From a virus (taxonomy: Duplodnaviria > Caudoviricetes): a DNA stretch of 64,000 nucleotides. The stretch is taken from positions 1 to 64,000 of IMG/VR virus record IMGVR_UViG_3300005805_000072. One strand, 5' to 3'. The translations under genes and the position numbers were made by a program. Numbering within the stretch: the first letter of the stretch is position 1; each line of letters opens with the position of its first letter. Below are positions 45,678 to 54,616 of this stretch, one piece after another. The notes below the pieces were generated by a model that was not told the origin of the DNA, searched no databases, and was given only the letters and a program-made list of their open reading frames with translations.

Positions 45678-48509
45678 ATGGCTAATCCCATTCCAACGCA
45701 ACTTAGCCCAGGCGTAAATGTTTCGGAGATTGATCTATCGACATTTATTGCCGAAGAATCGCCAAATGTGGGCGGCATGGCAGGTGTCTTCAATTGGGGA
45801 CCATGCCTTGTAGGAACAAGAGTCACCACGGAAAGTGACCTTGCTTCCATCTTTGGAAAGCCAACTCTTGATCAATTTGATGTAAACACCAACATTGATT
45901 TCAATGCTGCTGCAAACTTCCTGCGCTACTCCAACAACCTCAAGGTTGTTCGCATCTTGCAGGATGGGGATTACAATGCAGTATCAACTGATGTGGGAGT
46001 AACCTGGATCAATAGCGTGACATACCCAACCATCAAGAACGAGGATGAATTTCGCGATCTTGGTGGATTCTCTGGCAATGCTGGCATTGAGACCAAGTCA
46101 TACTTCAAGGCAAGATATCCTGGAAACTTTGGAAATGGGCTTGCTGTTGTTGTCTTTGATGGAACCACAGCAGAAAGCATACCCGTTGGCGGTGGTATAG
46201 GATACAGGGACTACACACTGTCTGGTGGCTATGCCAATGTAGCGACTCTATCGGGAGTCAGTTATGGTGTAGGAGGAGTAACATTTCAAGCATCCCGTGT
46301 CATAGAAGTAGAAGATGGTGCAGATAAAAATGGCGCGCCTATCTTTAGGAAAATAGTCACACCCATAGGCTCGGCAAGTGGTTATACATTTTCTACATTC
46401 AACTGGTATATGCTCACCTTTGACATACCAGATAGTTTCAACAGTGCAAATGAGTTCATAAGCAACTTCGTTGATAATGGCAAATTCCTTTATGCCACTG
46501 GCACTACAACTGAAAATCGAACTGCAATGGAGAATGGCAATAATCCAAATGGAAATAATGGAAATCTGTTGCCTCTGAGGGCATTTGCTCCGAGTTACAA
46601 TGGAAGGGAAACGAATCCATATGTTGAATTTGGAATACCGAACTTTACGGCAGATGGATCTGGAATAAGGGTATTGATTGCACCAACACCTAACGCTCCT
46701 AAGAAGGTAGATTTCTTCTTCCCTGCATTTGATGGCACAAACATCAATGTATTCATACCAGGACAAACATATTCATTTGGTAGTCCTGTGGGAGATGCAA
46801 GAGTATGGACAACAAGTGTTGTAGACTCAACATCCCACCCTTCGCACTTCTCTTTGTTTAATATCGGAGATAATTTTGGTGATTACACTGGTAACTATGT
46901 TGATCCAAATGATGATGTACCCTGGGGAAATGTCGCACAAAGATTCATGCGCTACATTCAAGTTTGGTCTGGTGTTGGAAATCTCATAGACGGGGCTGCT
47001 GCTGGCAACGGGCTTGGTTGGGCGAATCTCATCGGAATAACTGGAACAAGAGAGATCAGGACTCTTTCCGAGAGCGGCGTTCTTGGAATCGCAGCAATCA
47101 ATTTTGATTCCGGTGGTGGTATCACGGGCATCAGAAGAAACTTTGGAAATGGAATAGTCCAAATAGGCGATTTGCTCGGAACTTCCACAACCACTGTAGA
47201 AGAATCCTACGAATCAACTCGCATATTTGACAAGATGCCAGGAACATCAAGGTATGCAGAGGCAGTCGGCGGAAGCAATGATGAGATCAGTATTGCAGTG
47301 ATTGATGTTGGAGGAAAGTTCGGACCAAGAGGAGGAATTCTTGAGAAGTTTGAACTCCTTTCCAAGGCAACTGATGCCAAGAACCTTGATGGTCAGCCAA
47401 TCTACTACAAGGACTACATCAATCAGAATTCTTCCTATGTCTATCTGACAAGAGCATTCGGTTTCACTGGCGGTGGAACAAACAGTTCAGATGCAACCAC
47501 GGCATTCGGTGACATCTATACGAATTACTCTAGTGGAGGACTCACTTACAACCGCACGGGATTCTATGATGCCTCATTCGACTTCGGTGAATCTAGCATC
47601 AATGCTGTATCAGCACAAGAACTCGCGGCAGGATATTCGGTGTTCCTAAACGACGATGATGCTGCCGATGTTCTTTTCCTTCCCGAGTCAAGCGTATCTG
47701 ATGATCAGAGTGGAGACTTGACCACCGTGGAACAGTTGATCTACGAAAATGTGATACAGCCAAGGAAGGACACTATACTTGTCATTCCTACTCCACCTCC
47801 TGCACCCTCAAGTAGACAGTCATCTTTCATTGCAACGAATGCAATCACCTATCGCAAGAGCGGTCTTCAGTTGCCAGCGAATTCCTATACGGTTCTTGTG
47901 GCAGGAAGAAAACTCTACTTCGATGCATTCAATGCTCAAACAAGAAGAATGTCTCTTTCATCCGATGTCGCTGGCATCATGTGCGCTCAGGAACTTTATT
48001 GGGAATCTCCAGCCGGATTTGCAAGAGGAAATCTCAAGAATGCCATCAGGCTTGAGACCAACTTCACCAAGGCAGATCGTGATGAACTCTACAGAAATCA
48101 GATCAATTTCTTCGTCAACTTCAATGATGGCGGCGGAAATGTCCTTCTTGGAGACAAGACTCTGCTGACGAAGCCAAGTGCATTCGACCGCATCAATGTA
48201 CGAAGAGTATTCATTGCCATAGAGAAGGCAATATCTAAGTCTGCCAAGTATTCGCTCTTTGAATTCAATGATGAGTTCACAAGATCGCAGTTCCGCAACC
48301 TTGTTGCTCCATTCCTTGCAAGCCTTGCTGGAAGAAGAGCAATCGCAGATTACAAGGTTGTCTGCGATGAGACAAACAATACAAGTTCGGTAATCGATGC
48401 GAATCAATTCGTTGCCGATATCTACATCAAGCCATTGAAGTCCATCAACTTCATTCAGTTGAACTTCATTGCCACAAGATCCGATCAAAATCTCACCACG
48501 ATAGAATAA
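45678..48509 (+). CDS. gp18: tail sheath protein, copy B (943 aa, large central insertion)
   Basis: Same N- and C-terminal sheath motifs as copy A plus roughly 280-300 extra residues. Confidence 0.95.
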   Translation: MANPIPTQLSPGVNVSEIDLSTFIAEESPNVGGMAGVFNWGPCLVGTRVTTESDLASIFGKPTLDQFDVNTNIDFNAAANFLRYSNNLKVVRILQDGDYNAVSTDVGVTWINSVTYPTIKNEDEFRDLGGFSGNAGIETKSYFKARYPGNFGNGLAVVVFDGTTAESIPVGGGIGYRDYTLSGGYANVATLSGVSYGVGGVTFQASRVIEVEDGADKNGAPIFRKIVTPIGSASGYTFSTFNWYMLTFDIPDSFNSANEFISNFVDNGKFLYATGTTTENRTAMENGNNPNGNNGNLLPLRAFAPSYNGRETNPYVEFGIPNFTADGSGIRVLIAPTPNAPKKVDFFFPAFDGTNINVFIPGQTYSFGSPVGDARVWTTSVVDSTSHPSHFSLFNIGDNFGDYTGNYVDPNDDVPWGNVAQRFMRYIQVWSGVGNLIDGAAAGNGLGWANLIGITGTREIRTLSESGVLGIAAINFDSGGGITGIRRNFGNGIVQIGDLLGTSTTTVEESYESTRIFDKMPGTSRYAEAVGGSNDEISIAVIDVGGKFGPRGGILEKFELLSKATDAKNLDGQPIYYKDYINQNSSYVYLTRAFGFTGGGTNSSDATTAFGDIYTNYSSGGLTYNRTGFYDASFDFGESSINAVSAQELAAGYSVFLNDDDAADVLFLPESSVSDDQSGDLTTVEQLIYENVIQPRKDTILVIPTPPPAPSSRQSSFIATNAITYRKSGLQLPANSYTVLVAGRKLYFDAFNAQTRRMSLSSDVAGIMCAQELYWESPAGFARGNLKNAIRLETNFTKADRDELYRNQINFFVNFNDGGGNVLLGDKTLLTKPSAFDRINVRRVFIAIEKAISKSAKYSLFEFNDEFTRSQFRNLVAPFLASLAGRRAIADYKVVCDETNNTSSVIDANQFVADIYIKPLKSINFIQLNFIATRSDQNLTTIE

Positions 48510-48512
48510 ATA
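48506..48512 (+). promoter_or_regulatory. late promoter ATAAATA for gp19
   Basis: Overlaps the gp18b stop codon; GAGGGAG SD follows. Confidence 0.6.
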
Positions 48513-48531
48513 GGGTAAGAGGGAGAACTAG

Positions 48532-49101
48532 ATGAACATCAGAAATTTTGCCAACTCATTCACTGGAGCAGGTGTAAAGCCAACACTATTCGAGGTACAG
48601 GGAAGAATCGGTGGAACTGAAAGTCCATTGACTCCCTTCCTTGTCCGTGCTGCATCGCTGCCAGGAACCGCATTGGGAACGATTGAGGTTCCTTATCGTG
48701 GTCGTAGATTGAAGGTTCCTGGAGACCGTGTGTTCTCAGATTGGACTATTTCGATCTACAATGACAGCAAGTTCCAGTTGAGAACATTGTTTGAACTATG
48801 GGTTGATGGTATTCAGTCCATGCAGAGAAATGTCGCGGCAAATGAGTTTGTGAATTTCTCACAGCCAATCTTCTGCGATTGGACTGTCAATCAACTCGAC
48901 AGAACCGGAAAGCCGGTCAAGGCATATACGCTTGTAGGCTGCTTCCCAACAGATATTTCTGCAATTGATTTGAGTTACGATGCAACGGATCAGATTGAGG
49001 AGTTCTCAGTCACCCTATCGTACTCCTACTTCACTTCGAACACTGGTACTCCAGACGCAACGCCGCTTCCAACACTCACGCAACTCACTCCTGGTGGTTG
49101 A
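48532..49101 (+). CDS. gp19: tail tube protein
   Basis: G..P.LF.V...AASLPG..LGTIEVPYRGR.LKVPGDR.F..WTI..YND...QLDR.G...G.FPT..S.IDL.YD....IEEF.V. Confidence 0.95.
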   Translation: MNIRNFANSFTGAGVKPTLFEVQGRIGGTESPLTPFLVRAASLPGTALGTIEVPYRGRRLKVPGDRVFSDWTISIYNDSKFQLRTLFELWVDGIQSMQRNVAANEFVNFSQPIFCDWTVNQLDRTGKPVKAYTLVGCFPTDISAIDLSYDATDQIEEFSVTLSYSYFTSNTGTPDATPLPTLTQLTPGG

Positions 49102-49125
49102 TGACTTTTTTTATCGGAGAGATAG

Positions 49126-50799
49126 ATGGCATTTGAACTTTTTGGTTATTCTATAGGCAAGGTCGGCAAGGCACCTCCGAGTCAGAGGAACGAGGAAATC
49201 ACAGCAAACGCATCGTTTGCTCCTCCCTCCTACGATGATGGTGCCTTGCCTGTCACTTCGGGCGTATACTTCAGTTCATACATGGATTTCGATGGTGGCA
49301 TAAAGGCTACCAGCGACATGATTCGCAAGTATCGCGAGATGTCACTTTATCCCGAAGTCGAGATGGCAATCGCAGACATCTGCGATGAATCGATTGTCTA
49401 TGATGACAGCAACAGCCCCGTCGAGATAAAGATCGATGACAAGCGCATACCTCCAAAGATCAAGGAAAAGATAGAAGTCGAGTTTGATGAGATTCTTCGA
49501 CTCCTAAAGTTCCAAGACAAAGGTTACGAGATCTTCCGAAAGTGGTACATAGACGGAAGACTCTACTATCACAAGATCATAGACAAGGACAATCCCAAGC
49601 AAGGTCTTGTGGAACTCCGACCGATTGAAGCAACAAACATCCGCAAGGTCAGGAACATCACCAAGAAGAAAGACCAAAAGACGAGTGCAGAGGTCGTGTC
49701 CAAGGTCGATGAGTTCTTCATCTACAATGAGCGTGAAGAAAACATCACAACAACAGCAGCGTATACCCCAGCAACTCCGCTCAAGGGAGTCAAGATCGCT
49801 CCAGATTCAATCTGCTATGTTCATAGCGGATTGTTCGATGCTGGCAAGAAAAGAGTTCTCTCCTACATCCACAAGGCATTGAAGCCAATGAATCAGTTGA
49901 AGATGGTCGAGGATGCACTTGTCATCTATCGTCTATCTCGCGCTCCTGAGCGAAGAGTCTTCTATGTCGATGTCGGCAATCTCCCGAAGGCAAAAGCAGA
50001 GCAGTATCTCAAGGAGATCATGAACCGCTATCGAAACAAGTTGGTCTATGATGCATCCACGGGAGAGATGAAGGACGAACGAAGACACATGAGCATGTTG
50101 GAGGACTTCTGGATGCCTCGCCGCGAAGGTGGCAAGGGAACCGAAGTGACCACTCTTCCTGGTGGACAGAATCTTGGTCAGATGGACGATGTGCTTTACT
50201 TCCAGAAGAAACTATACAAGTCTCTCAATGTCCCCATCTCCCGCCTTGAAACCGATCAAAACGGCTTCAACATGGGAAGACAGGCAGAGATCACCAGAGA
50301 CGAACTGAAGTTCTTCCGCTTCATTGAAAGACTCCGTAAGAAGTTCTCTGAACTGTTCCGCGAACTCCTCAAGACTCAGTTGATTCTTAAGGGAGTCATC
50401 ACCAAGGACGATTGGGAATACATTCATCCGAATCTTGAGTTCCGTTTCCGCAAGGATTCCTACTTCACTGAAGCCAAGGATAACGAGATACTCACAAATA
50501 GATACAATCTCGTCACGACAGCAGATGCACATATCGGCAAGTATTTCTCCAAGAAGTACATTCAGAAGACCATTCTTCGCATGACCAATGAAGAGATAGC
50601 GGACATCGAAAATGAGATTCAGTCTGAGAAGGAAACCGATCCAAACGCCGCAGTGCCAACCTCGGTTTCTACTCAAGTCACGACTCAGCAGATGACTGGC
50701 GACATTCAGATGCAGCAGCAGATGCAGCAGATGCAGCATCAGTCGGATCTAGAACAAGAGGCAGAGAAGGAAAAAAAGCCAGCAAAGAAGAAAGCCTAA
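49126..50799 (+). CDS. gp20: portal vertex protein
   Basis: YREM...PEV..AI..I..E...WYIDGR...LKM.EDALVIYRLSRAPERRVFYVDVGNLPK.KAEQYL...EDFW.PRREGG.GTE.TTLPGGQ. Confidence 0.97.
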   Translation: MAFELFGYSIGKVGKAPPSQRNEEITANASFAPPSYDDGALPVTSGVYFSSYMDFDGGIKATSDMIRKYREMSLYPEVEMAIADICDESIVYDDSNSPVEIKIDDKRIPPKIKEKIEVEFDEILRLLKFQDKGYEIFRKWYIDGRLYYHKIIDKDNPKQGLVELRPIEATNIRKVRNITKKKDQKTSAEVVSKVDEFFIYNEREENITTTAAYTPATPLKGVKIAPDSICYVHSGLFDAGKKRVLSYIHKALKPMNQLKMVEDALVIYRLSRAPERRVFYVDVGNLPKAKAEQYLKEIMNRYRNKLVYDASTGEMKDERRHMSMLEDFWMPRREGGKGTEVTTLPGGQNLGQMDDVLYFQKKLYKSLNVPISRLETDQNGFNMGRQAEITRDELKFFRFIERLRKKFSELFRELLKTQLILKGVITKDDWEYIHPNLEFRFRKDSYFTEAKDNEILTNRYNLVTTADAHIGKYFSKKYIQKTILRMTNEEIADIENEIQSEKETDPNAAVPTSVSTQVTTQQMTGDIQMQQQMQQMQHQSDLEQEAEKEKKPAKKKA

Positions 50800-50802
50800 A
50801 TA
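50796..50802 (+). promoter_or_regulatory. late promoter-like CTAAATA
   Basis: Overlaps the portal stop codon, upstream of the head-core gene. Confidence 0.45.
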
Positions 50803-50807
50803 TCTAA

Positions 50808-51206
50808 ATGGAGAATCACATGAACCCATCAAATGACCTCATCAGGGCAATAGTTGACGAAGACTTCGTCTCTGCCAAGGAACTGACCAACAACCTCATC
50901 TTTACTGCCGTAGCCGATGTTCTTGACGATGCAAAGAGAGAGGTTGCAGCAGAACTCTTCAGCGAGTGCGAAACTTGTGGTGATGATGTAAGCGAAGCAA
51001 AGATGTCTGCCAATCGCTATGGCGGTGGAAAGCCATTCAATTGGAATAAGCCACATCCCTCACTTGCCAAGAAAGATTTTGACGGAGATGGGGAGGTCGA
51101 GACTCCTAAAGATGAAGTCCACGGCTCTCACATCAATGCTGCGGTCGAGGCAGGAAGACTGACACCAAGACAGGCTTCGCGGACAAAGAACAAGGGCAAG
51201 TATTGA
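50808..51206 (+). CDS. prohead core protein (gp67-like) with DxDGDG motif
   Basis: DLIRAIVDEDFVSAKEL...KREVA..LF resembles gp67; position between portal and protease; start may be 50820. Confidence 0.65.
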   Translation: MENHMNPSNDLIRAIVDEDFVSAKELTNNLIFTAVADVLDDAKREVAAELFSECETCGDDVSEAKMSANRYGGGKPFNWNKPHPSLAKKDFDGDGEVETPKDEVHGSHINAAVEAGRLTPRQASRTKNKGKY

Positions 51207-51217
51207 AAGGAAACTCC

Positions 51218-51865
51218 ATGCTGCTGATCACAGAACACAAGGAAGACAACATTCAGACTCTCGTTGAGGATGCTGGCAGTGGCAAGAAGAACTACTTCAT
51301 CCGTGGCATCTTCATGGAGTCGGAACTTGTCAACAAGAATGGTCGTAGATATCCCTCCGAGATAATGGAGCGGGAAGTCAACAACTACAACAAGAACTAC
51401 ATTGAGACTAGCCGTTCTCTTGGTGAACTTGGGCATCCACAAGGTCCAACCCTCAATCTAGACCGAGTCTGCCATATCATCAAGGAAATGAAGATGGACG
51501 GAAACATCGTCTATGGCAAGGCAAAGATTCTCGACACCCCCTACGGAAACATCGTCAAGAACCTGATCGATGAGGGTGTTCGTCTTGGCGTTTCATCACG
51601 CGGCATGGGTTCACTCAAGCAAGTCAATGGAATCAATGAAGTACAGGATGATTTCAGCCTTGCTACCGTGGACATAGTCGCTGATCCATCAGCCCCAAAT
51701 GCCTTTGTAAATGGCATCATGGAAGGCAAGGAATGGGTCTGGAACAATGGAATCCTACAGGAAAAGCAGATTGCCTCTTACAAAAAGACCATAAAGAAGG
51801 CAAATGTCAGGGAACTAGAAGAAGCAAAGTTGGAAGTCTTCAAGGACTTCATTTCCAAACTTTAA
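51218..51865 (+). CDS. gp21: prohead protease
   Basis: MLLITE...GIFM.SE..NKNGRRY...LGELGHP...GVSSRGMGSL...D.VADPSAP.AFV.GIME; start reassigned to 51218. Confidence 0.96.
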   Translation: MLLITEHKEDNIQTLVEDAGSGKKNYFIRGIFMESELVNKNGRRYPSEIMEREVNNYNKNYIETSRSLGELGHPQGPTLNLDRVCHIIKEMKMDGNIVYGKAKILDTPYGNIVKNLIDEGVRLGVSSRGMGSLKQVNGINEVQDDFSLATVDIVADPSAPNAFVNGIMEGKEWVWNNGILQEKQIASYKKTIKKANVRELEEAKLEVFKDFISKL

Positions 51866-51870
51866 GATTT

Positions 51871-51877
51871 ATACATA
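51871..51877 (+). promoter_or_regulatory. late promoter variant (T)ATACATA
   Basis: Intergenic before gp22. Confidence 0.55.
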
Positions 51878-51900
51878 TGGGAAGATAAAGGAGATTTCTC

Positions 51901-53046
51901 ATGCCACAGCCAGAAGAGTTTTTCGAAGAAGAAGAGATCCTTGAGGACACCACTCCTGCCAACGAGGAAGAGGTTGACGAGGATGATTACATCGATGAGG
52001 ATGAAGAAGAACTAGACTTCGAGGATGAGGAAGAACTCACCGAAGATGAGGATTCCGAAGAGGAAGAACTCATTGACGAGGATGAGGAATCCGACGAAGA
52101 AGATGTCAGCGAGGAGTATGAGGTTGTCGCAACAAGCGATACCGATACCGACTTCGGCGGTGGCAAGCCAAAGAGGTGGGCGCAGCCCGATGACAAGTCT
52201 GGCATCAACAAGGGAACGATTGCCTCAAAGGTTCCCTTCAAGGGCAAGGCAAAGATTCCCGACAAGTCCGACTTCACCATGAGCGAGCATGTTGCTGCCA
52301 TGTTTGATGGAGAGGAACTGTCAGAGGAGTTCAAGAACAAGGCAGTTGCAGTGTTCGAAGCAGCCATCAATGAGCGTTACGATGCAATCGTCTCGCGCCT
52401 TGAGGAAGCCTATGAGCAGACAATCGAAGAGAACACCGTGAAGATTCTTGATGAACTCTCATCGCGTGTCAATGACTACATCTCGTACATCGCTGAGGAA
52501 TGGCTCAAGGAGAACCGTCTTGTTGTCGAGAGCGGCATCAAGACTGAGATTGCCGAGAACTTCCTCAATGGTATGCGCGAGATCTTCGAAGAGAACTATA
52601 TTCAGGTTCCAGAGGAGAAGGTCGATCTTGTTGCCGAAATGGAAGACGAGAACGACGAACTCAAGGACGAAATCAATGAGCGCGTTGCAGAGAACATGGA
52701 ACTCCGCAAGGAAATCCTTGCACTCCGCTGCGATGACATCTTTGAGTCGTATTGCGATGGTCTAGCGGATACTCAGGTTGAGAAACTCCGCACTCTCGCA
52801 GAAGGCATTGAGTTTGACTCAGAGGAAGTCTTCGCAGACAAACTCGCAGTCCTCAAGGAATCATATTTCGGAAATGCTCGACGGGTCCGCAAGCCAGCAT
52901 CGGCTTCAATGGATCTTGTCGAGGAGATCGTTCTAGATTCGGGTGAAGATGAGGCAAATCTCCAAGAACAGGAGAAGTCCTCAGTCAATCCAATCATGGA
53001 ACATTACACATCAGCACTATCTCGTAAAGGTTTAAAGAACAGGTAA
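51901..53046 (+). CDS. gp22: prohead scaffold protein
   Basis: Acidic N-terminus; LSEEFK.KA..VFEAA...Y..Y.AEEW..EN...VE.GIK.E..E.F..G....F. Confidence 0.93.
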   Translation: MPQPEEFFEEEEILEDTTPANEEEVDEDDYIDEDEEELDFEDEEELTEDEDSEEEELIDEDEESDEEDVSEEYEVVATSDTDTDFGGGKPKRWAQPDDKSGINKGTIASKVPFKGKAKIPDKSDFTMSEHVAAMFDGEELSEEFKNKAVAVFEAAINERYDAIVSRLEEAYEQTIEENTVKILDELSSRVNDYISYIAEEWLKENRLVVESGIKTEIAENFLNGMREIFEENYIQVPEEKVDLVAEMEDENDELKDEINERVAENMELRKEILALRCDDIFESYCDGLADTQVEKLRTLAEGIEFDSEEVFADKLAVLKESYFGNARRVRKPASASMDLVEEIVLDSGEDEANLQEQEKSSVNPIMEHYTSALSRKGLKNR

Positions 53047-53071
53047 TACACCTGTACAAGGAGAAAATACA

Positions 53072-54541
53072 ATGGGAACTTTTTCACTAGTAGAACAACT
53101 TGAGAGCAAGTGGCAGCCCGTCATGGAGCATGACAGCCTCTCGCCTATCAAGGATAACTATCGCCGTGCAGTCACGGCAATCCTCCTGGAGAACCAGGAG
53201 CAAGCACTTCGCGAAGCAGCACCAGCCAACAATGTTGGTGCCGCAGGCGCACTAACTTACGATGGTGGTAACGGACTCGCAGGCTACGATCCCATCCTCA
53301 TCTCGCTCGTTCGTCGCGCAATGCCAAACCTAATGGCATATGATGTTGCATCGGTTCAGCCAATGACCTCGCCAACTGGACTCATCTTCGCAATGAAGTC
53401 GAAGTACAACGGCAGGACAGATACCGAAGCCCTCATGCAGGAAGCATTCACTAGATTCTCCGGAACAACTGGCTACACAGGTGGTCTTGGTCCAACTGGT
53501 GAAGCCTCTTATACTGGCGACCCAATCTTCGGCTTTACGGGTTCAACAAATCCAAACGGAAACATTGGTTGGGAGCCTGGCTATGGAATGAGCCGCGAAA
53601 TCGGTGAAAACCTCGGTGATGCTTCTAACAGCGATTTCAACACGATGGCATTCACCATTGAGCGTGCATCGGTCACTGCAAAGACTCGCGCACTCAAGGC
53701 AGAGTACACCATCGAACTCGCTCAGGATCTCAAGGCTATTCACGGTCTTGATGCCGAAACCGAACTCGCCAACATTCTCAGCACGGAAATCCTTGCTGAA
53801 ATCAACCGCGAGACAGTTCGTTCGATCTATGCAACCGCAGTTCTTGGCGCACAGAATAACGATCTCTTCTACAAGAGTGGCGTAACATATAACTTTGTCA
53901 CTGGTGCTTCTAGCACAGGAACAGCAGGTGCTGATTTCTTCAATCCAGGTGGCGTTTATGACCTCATCAAGGACTCTGATGGTCGTTGGTCGGCAGAGAA
54001 GTTCCGCGGACTCATGTTCCAGATTGAGCGCGAGGCAAACACCATTGCCAAGCAGACCCGTCGTGGAAAGGGCAACTTCATCATCTGCTCGTCGGATGTT
54101 GCTTCTGCCCTTGCAATGGGTGGCTTCCTTAACATCAGCCCAGCACTCAATGTCAACCTTGATGTCGATGACACTGGCAATACCTTCGTCGGTGTTCTCA
54201 ATGGCAAGATCAAGGTCTATGTTGATCCCTACTCGGGCGTTGGTCTTAACACCTCTGCCCGCGACTTCGTGTGCGTTGGATACAAGGGAACTTCGCCATA
54301 CGATGCAGGACTCTTCTACTGCCCCTACATCCCACTACAGATGGTTCGTGCAATCAATCCAAGCACCTTCCAGCCCAAGATCGGGTTCAAGACCCGCTAC
54401 GGCATGGCAGTGAATCCATTGCTTGCAGTCAATCAGCCTTCAACCAATGTGGATGTTGCAAGCAACTACCGCAAGAACATCTACTACCGCATCTTCCGCG
54501 TGGATAACCTCCACGGAGTTGCTCAGAACTACGTCGGCTAA
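53072..54541 (+). CDS. gp23: major capsid protein
   Basis: KW.P...LLENQE...DPILISLVRRAMPNL.AYD...VQPM..PTGLIFAM...SRALKAEYT.ELAQDLKAIHGLDAE.EL.NILS.EI. Confidence 0.98.
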   Translation: MGTFSLVEQLESKWQPVMEHDSLSPIKDNYRRAVTAILLENQEQALREAAPANNVGAAGALTYDGGNGLAGYDPILISLVRRAMPNLMAYDVASVQPMTSPTGLIFAMKSKYNGRTDTEALMQEAFTRFSGTTGYTGGLGPTGEASYTGDPIFGFTGSTNPNGNIGWEPGYGMSREIGENLGDASNSDFNTMAFTIERASVTAKTRALKAEYTIELAQDLKAIHGLDAETELANILSTEILAEINRETVRSIYATAVLGAQNNDLFYKSGVTYNFVTGASSTGTAGADFFNPGGVYDLIKDSDGRWSAEKFRGLMFQIEREANTIAKQTRRGKGNFIICSSDVASALAMGGFLNISPALNVNLDVDDTGNTFVGVLNGKIKVYVDPYSGVGLNTSARDFVCVGYKGTSPYDAGLFYCPYIPLQMVRAINPSTFQPKIGFKTRYGMAVNPLLAVNQPSTNVDVASNYRKNIYYRIFRVDNLHGVAQNYVG

Positions 54542-54564
54542 TAGCCGTAGTTCTAATGATCACG

Positions 54565-54599
54565 AAGTCGGGGGGAGAAATCCCCCCGACTTTCTTTTT
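54565..54599 (+). terminator. rho-independent terminator after gp23
   Basis: 12-bp stem AAGTCGGGGGGA-GAAA-TCCCCCCGACTT followed by TCTTTTT. Confidence 0.92.
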
Positions 54600-54604
54600 G
54601 GGAG

Positions 54605-54611
54605 ATAAATA
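54605..54611 (+). promoter_or_regulatory. late promoter ATAAATA for gp3
   Basis: Right after the terminator; ATG begins 6 nt downstream. Confidence 0.65.
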
Positions 54612-54616
54612 GAGAT

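Noticed and set aside
45666-45680. In-frame read-through from gp18a into gp18b (also 61458 to 61468)
   Set aside because: The 9-nt gaps are ordinary SD spacers (AAGGAG, GAGG) and each gene is a complete unit
49080-49112. Possible terminator after gp19
   Set aside because: A T7 run is present but the stem is weak (7 bp with a bulge) and separated from the T-run; not called
42044-50799. Introns or inteins in terminase, sheath or portal
   Set aside because: gp17 and gp20 have normal lengths and continuous motifs; the gp18b insert lacks intein C/S...HN ends and LAGLIDADG or HNH motifs
51901-52130. GAG/GAT/GAA-rich repetitive tract
   Set aside because: It simply encodes the acidic N-terminus of the gp22 scaffold; the antisense poly-Ser ORF 51987-52370 is its shadow
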